Of a DNA stretch of 64,000 nt, positions 62,433 to 64,000 are shown in pieces. The notes under the pieces are model-generated. The model was not told where the DNA came from, did no database searches, and worked only from the letters and a program-made list of their open reading frames with translations. A program made the translations under genes and the position numbers. Source of the DNA: Escherichia coli. Lineage in GTDB: Bacteria > Pseudomonadota > Gammaproteobacteria > Enterobacterales > Enterobacteriaceae. The stretch is from NCBI RefSeq assembly GCF_016903815.1, contig NZ_CP069973.1; one strand, written 5' to 3'. The stretch's first letter is position 1. Every line of letters starts with the position of its first letter.

Positions 62433-64000
62433 TTAAGGTTTCGGGTCGAAAATATCGGTTCCGAGATGGTTGTAATCCACCTTCTGTAACTGGAAGTTGG
62501 TGATGTATATCGGCCCGGCTTTCTTCTCAGATATAAACGGGTATTTGATGTTAATTTCCTTCGCTTTAATTCCCGTCCACTGGGAGAAAAAGCCTAAGAA
62601 GTCATTGGCAGAGCGGCGGGCTTTAATCACCCGATGCGCTTTATCGTCGCTCGAAATGACCATAAAAGGCACCTGGAAATTTTGCTGATATTTATCATCA
62701 TGGGCAAGGTATTGCACGTCTTTGCCGCGCTCTTTAAAAGCCAGACCGTGGTCAGAAAAGTAAACCAGCGAGAAGCTGCTGCCGCTGTTGCGTAACTGAT
62801 CGTACAGCTTGCGCAGTAAATCGTCTGTTTGCGTCATGGTATAGAGATAGCACGACGTTTCTTTCGATTGCACAAAGGTTTCGTATTTGCCTTGTGTTCG
62901 GTCGCAGGCCTGCGGATGTGAGCCCATCAGATGTAAAACAATCAGCTGCGGTTGCGAGTGCTCTTGCGCCAGCACTTGAGCGGTCATATCCAGTAACGCT
63001 TCGTCTTTCGTGTTTTTATCTGCTTCAAAATTACCTTCTTTCAGGAAGTACACTTCATCTGCACGTTTGGCGATGCTGGCGATGGCGGTATCGTATTCGC
63101 CGATTTGGCCCTGGTTGGAAAACCACCAGGTCTGGAAGCCCGCGCGATTTGCCAGGGTGACAAAGTTATCCTGAAACTGTGGTTTGCCATCGACTACGCG
63201 ATTGAGCGTTAAGCCAAGCGATTTCTGCGTGGAGCCACTGGCGGCAATGTAGTCAGCAAATATCAAACCGTTAACGCTGCTGGCAAACGGGGTATTGTCC
63301 CAGTGACCGCCAAAGGCACCGAGGGCATCGCGACGCGCGCTTTCACCGATCACCACCACATAGGTCTGATACTTCGGCTTAACGGCAGTGACCGTCCAGG
63401 TATCTTTCATTCCGGACAGTTTTGCCATCCGTTCTTGCTCTTCAATCACCTCGTTATTATTGACGATGACATCCTTAGCAAAACGAAATACCGGATAGCC
63501 AGTATCTTTCAGTTTAAATACGCCACCCCAGGCCAGGTTTTGCACGGGAGCAACAAAAAATGTCGCCACACTGAATACCAGACACAGGCTGTCGAAGGTA
63601 TTCCAGCGCGCTTTTTCATTCTCTTTTTTTCGCCTGATTGCTATTACGCCGAGCGCAAAAATAAATAAGCCGACCAGGTAGCTGTACCACGGAAAAATCG
63701 TCAGGATTTCGGTCGACTCTTCCATATTGGTGGAGTGCAATGCCAGCAATGTATTGAAATTAGGCGCGCCGTAGGCCTGAGCAAAAGGGAAATAACAAGC
63801 CGCCACCAGCGAACTGACACCGACCAGAACTTTTTGTACGCGAGGCAATGTTCGCCATAGCAAAAGCAACATAGCCGTAAACGCAGCGGTGTAGAGCAAA
63901 CTGAAGGGATAACCTAAGCCGAGGTTAATTAATAGCGACTGTAAAAAGTAGAACGCAGTCCACGGGCTAAATACCCGGCTACGGGTAACAAGCGATTCTT
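62433..64000 (-). CDS. opgE: phosphoethanolamine transferase (OPG modification), 5' end beyond window
   Basis: Minus-strand frame is open from the stop at 62433 to the window edge (…ESLVTRSRVFSPWTAFYFLQ… upstream of the ORF-track start); K-12 length (527 aa) implies the start lies about 16 nt beyond position 64000. Confidence 0.9.
   Translation of the reverse strand, partial: ESLVTRSRVFSPWTAFYFLQSLLINLGLGYPFSLLYTAAFTAMLLLLWRTLPRVQKVLVGVSSLVAACYFPFAQAYGAPNFNTLLALHSTNMEESTEILTIFPWYSYLVGLFIFALGVIAIRRKKENEKARWNTFDSLCLVFSVATFFVAPVQNLAWGGVFKLKDTGYPVFRFAKDVIVNNNEVIEEQERMAKLSGMKDTWTVTAVKPKYQTYVVVIGESARRDALGAFGGHWDNTPFASSVNGLIFADYIAASGSTQKSLGLTLNRVVDGKPQFQDNFVTLANRAGFQTWWFSNQGQIGEYDTAIASIAKRADEVYFLKEGNFEADKNTKDEALLDMTAQVLAQEHSQPQLIVLHLMGSHPQACDRTQGKYETFVQSKETSCYLYTMTQTDDLLRKLYDQLRNSGSSFSLVYFSDHGLAFKERGKDVQYLAHDDKYQQNFQVPFMVISSDDKAHRVIKARRSANDFLGFFSQWTGIKAKEINIKYPFISEKKAGPIYITNFQLQKVDYNHLGTDIFDPKP

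Overview
The window reads as an Escherichia coli chromosomal segment collinear with the K-12 gal–mod–bio–uvrB–moa–ybh–rhlE–dinG–fiu–glnHPQ–dps–ompX region (about 17–18 min); this identification rests on reading the ORF-track translations and recalling the K-12 proteins and gene order, with no database search run. Roughly 95% is conserved core: galM (5' end), galKTE, modFE, acrZ, modABC, ybhA, pgl, ybhD, ybhHIJ, ybhCB, bioABFCD, uvrB, ybhK, moaABCDE, ybhL, ybhN-clsB-ybhP, ybhQ, ybhRSF-ybhG-cecR, rhlE, dinG, ybiB, ybiC, ybiJ, ybiI, ybiX-fiu, mcbA, rlmF, ybiO, glnQPH, dps, rhtA, ompX and opgE (partial). Four places depart from the K-12 arrangement as I recall it: (1) a two-gene ParE/RelE-like toxin–antitoxin cassette sits between rhlE and dinG where K-12 has ybiA, and its antitoxin carries an unexplained N-terminal domain; this is the best candidate for something undescribed. 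(2) dinG is split by a single-base insertion in a G-run. (3) An IS200-family element is inserted between ybhL and ybhM. (4) ybhM is only 129 aa against about 237 aa recalled for K-12. Several known regulatory elements are visible in the sequence (gal operators, bio operator, ModE sites, Moco leader upstream of moaA, LexA boxes at uvrB and dinG, Fur box at fiu, sigma-54/NtrC sites at glnH, an ERIC repeat). No rRNA, tRNA, CRISPR array or prophage was seen. Coordinates of non-coding features are approximate (a few bp), and many starts are re-set to internal start codons relative to the ORF track.
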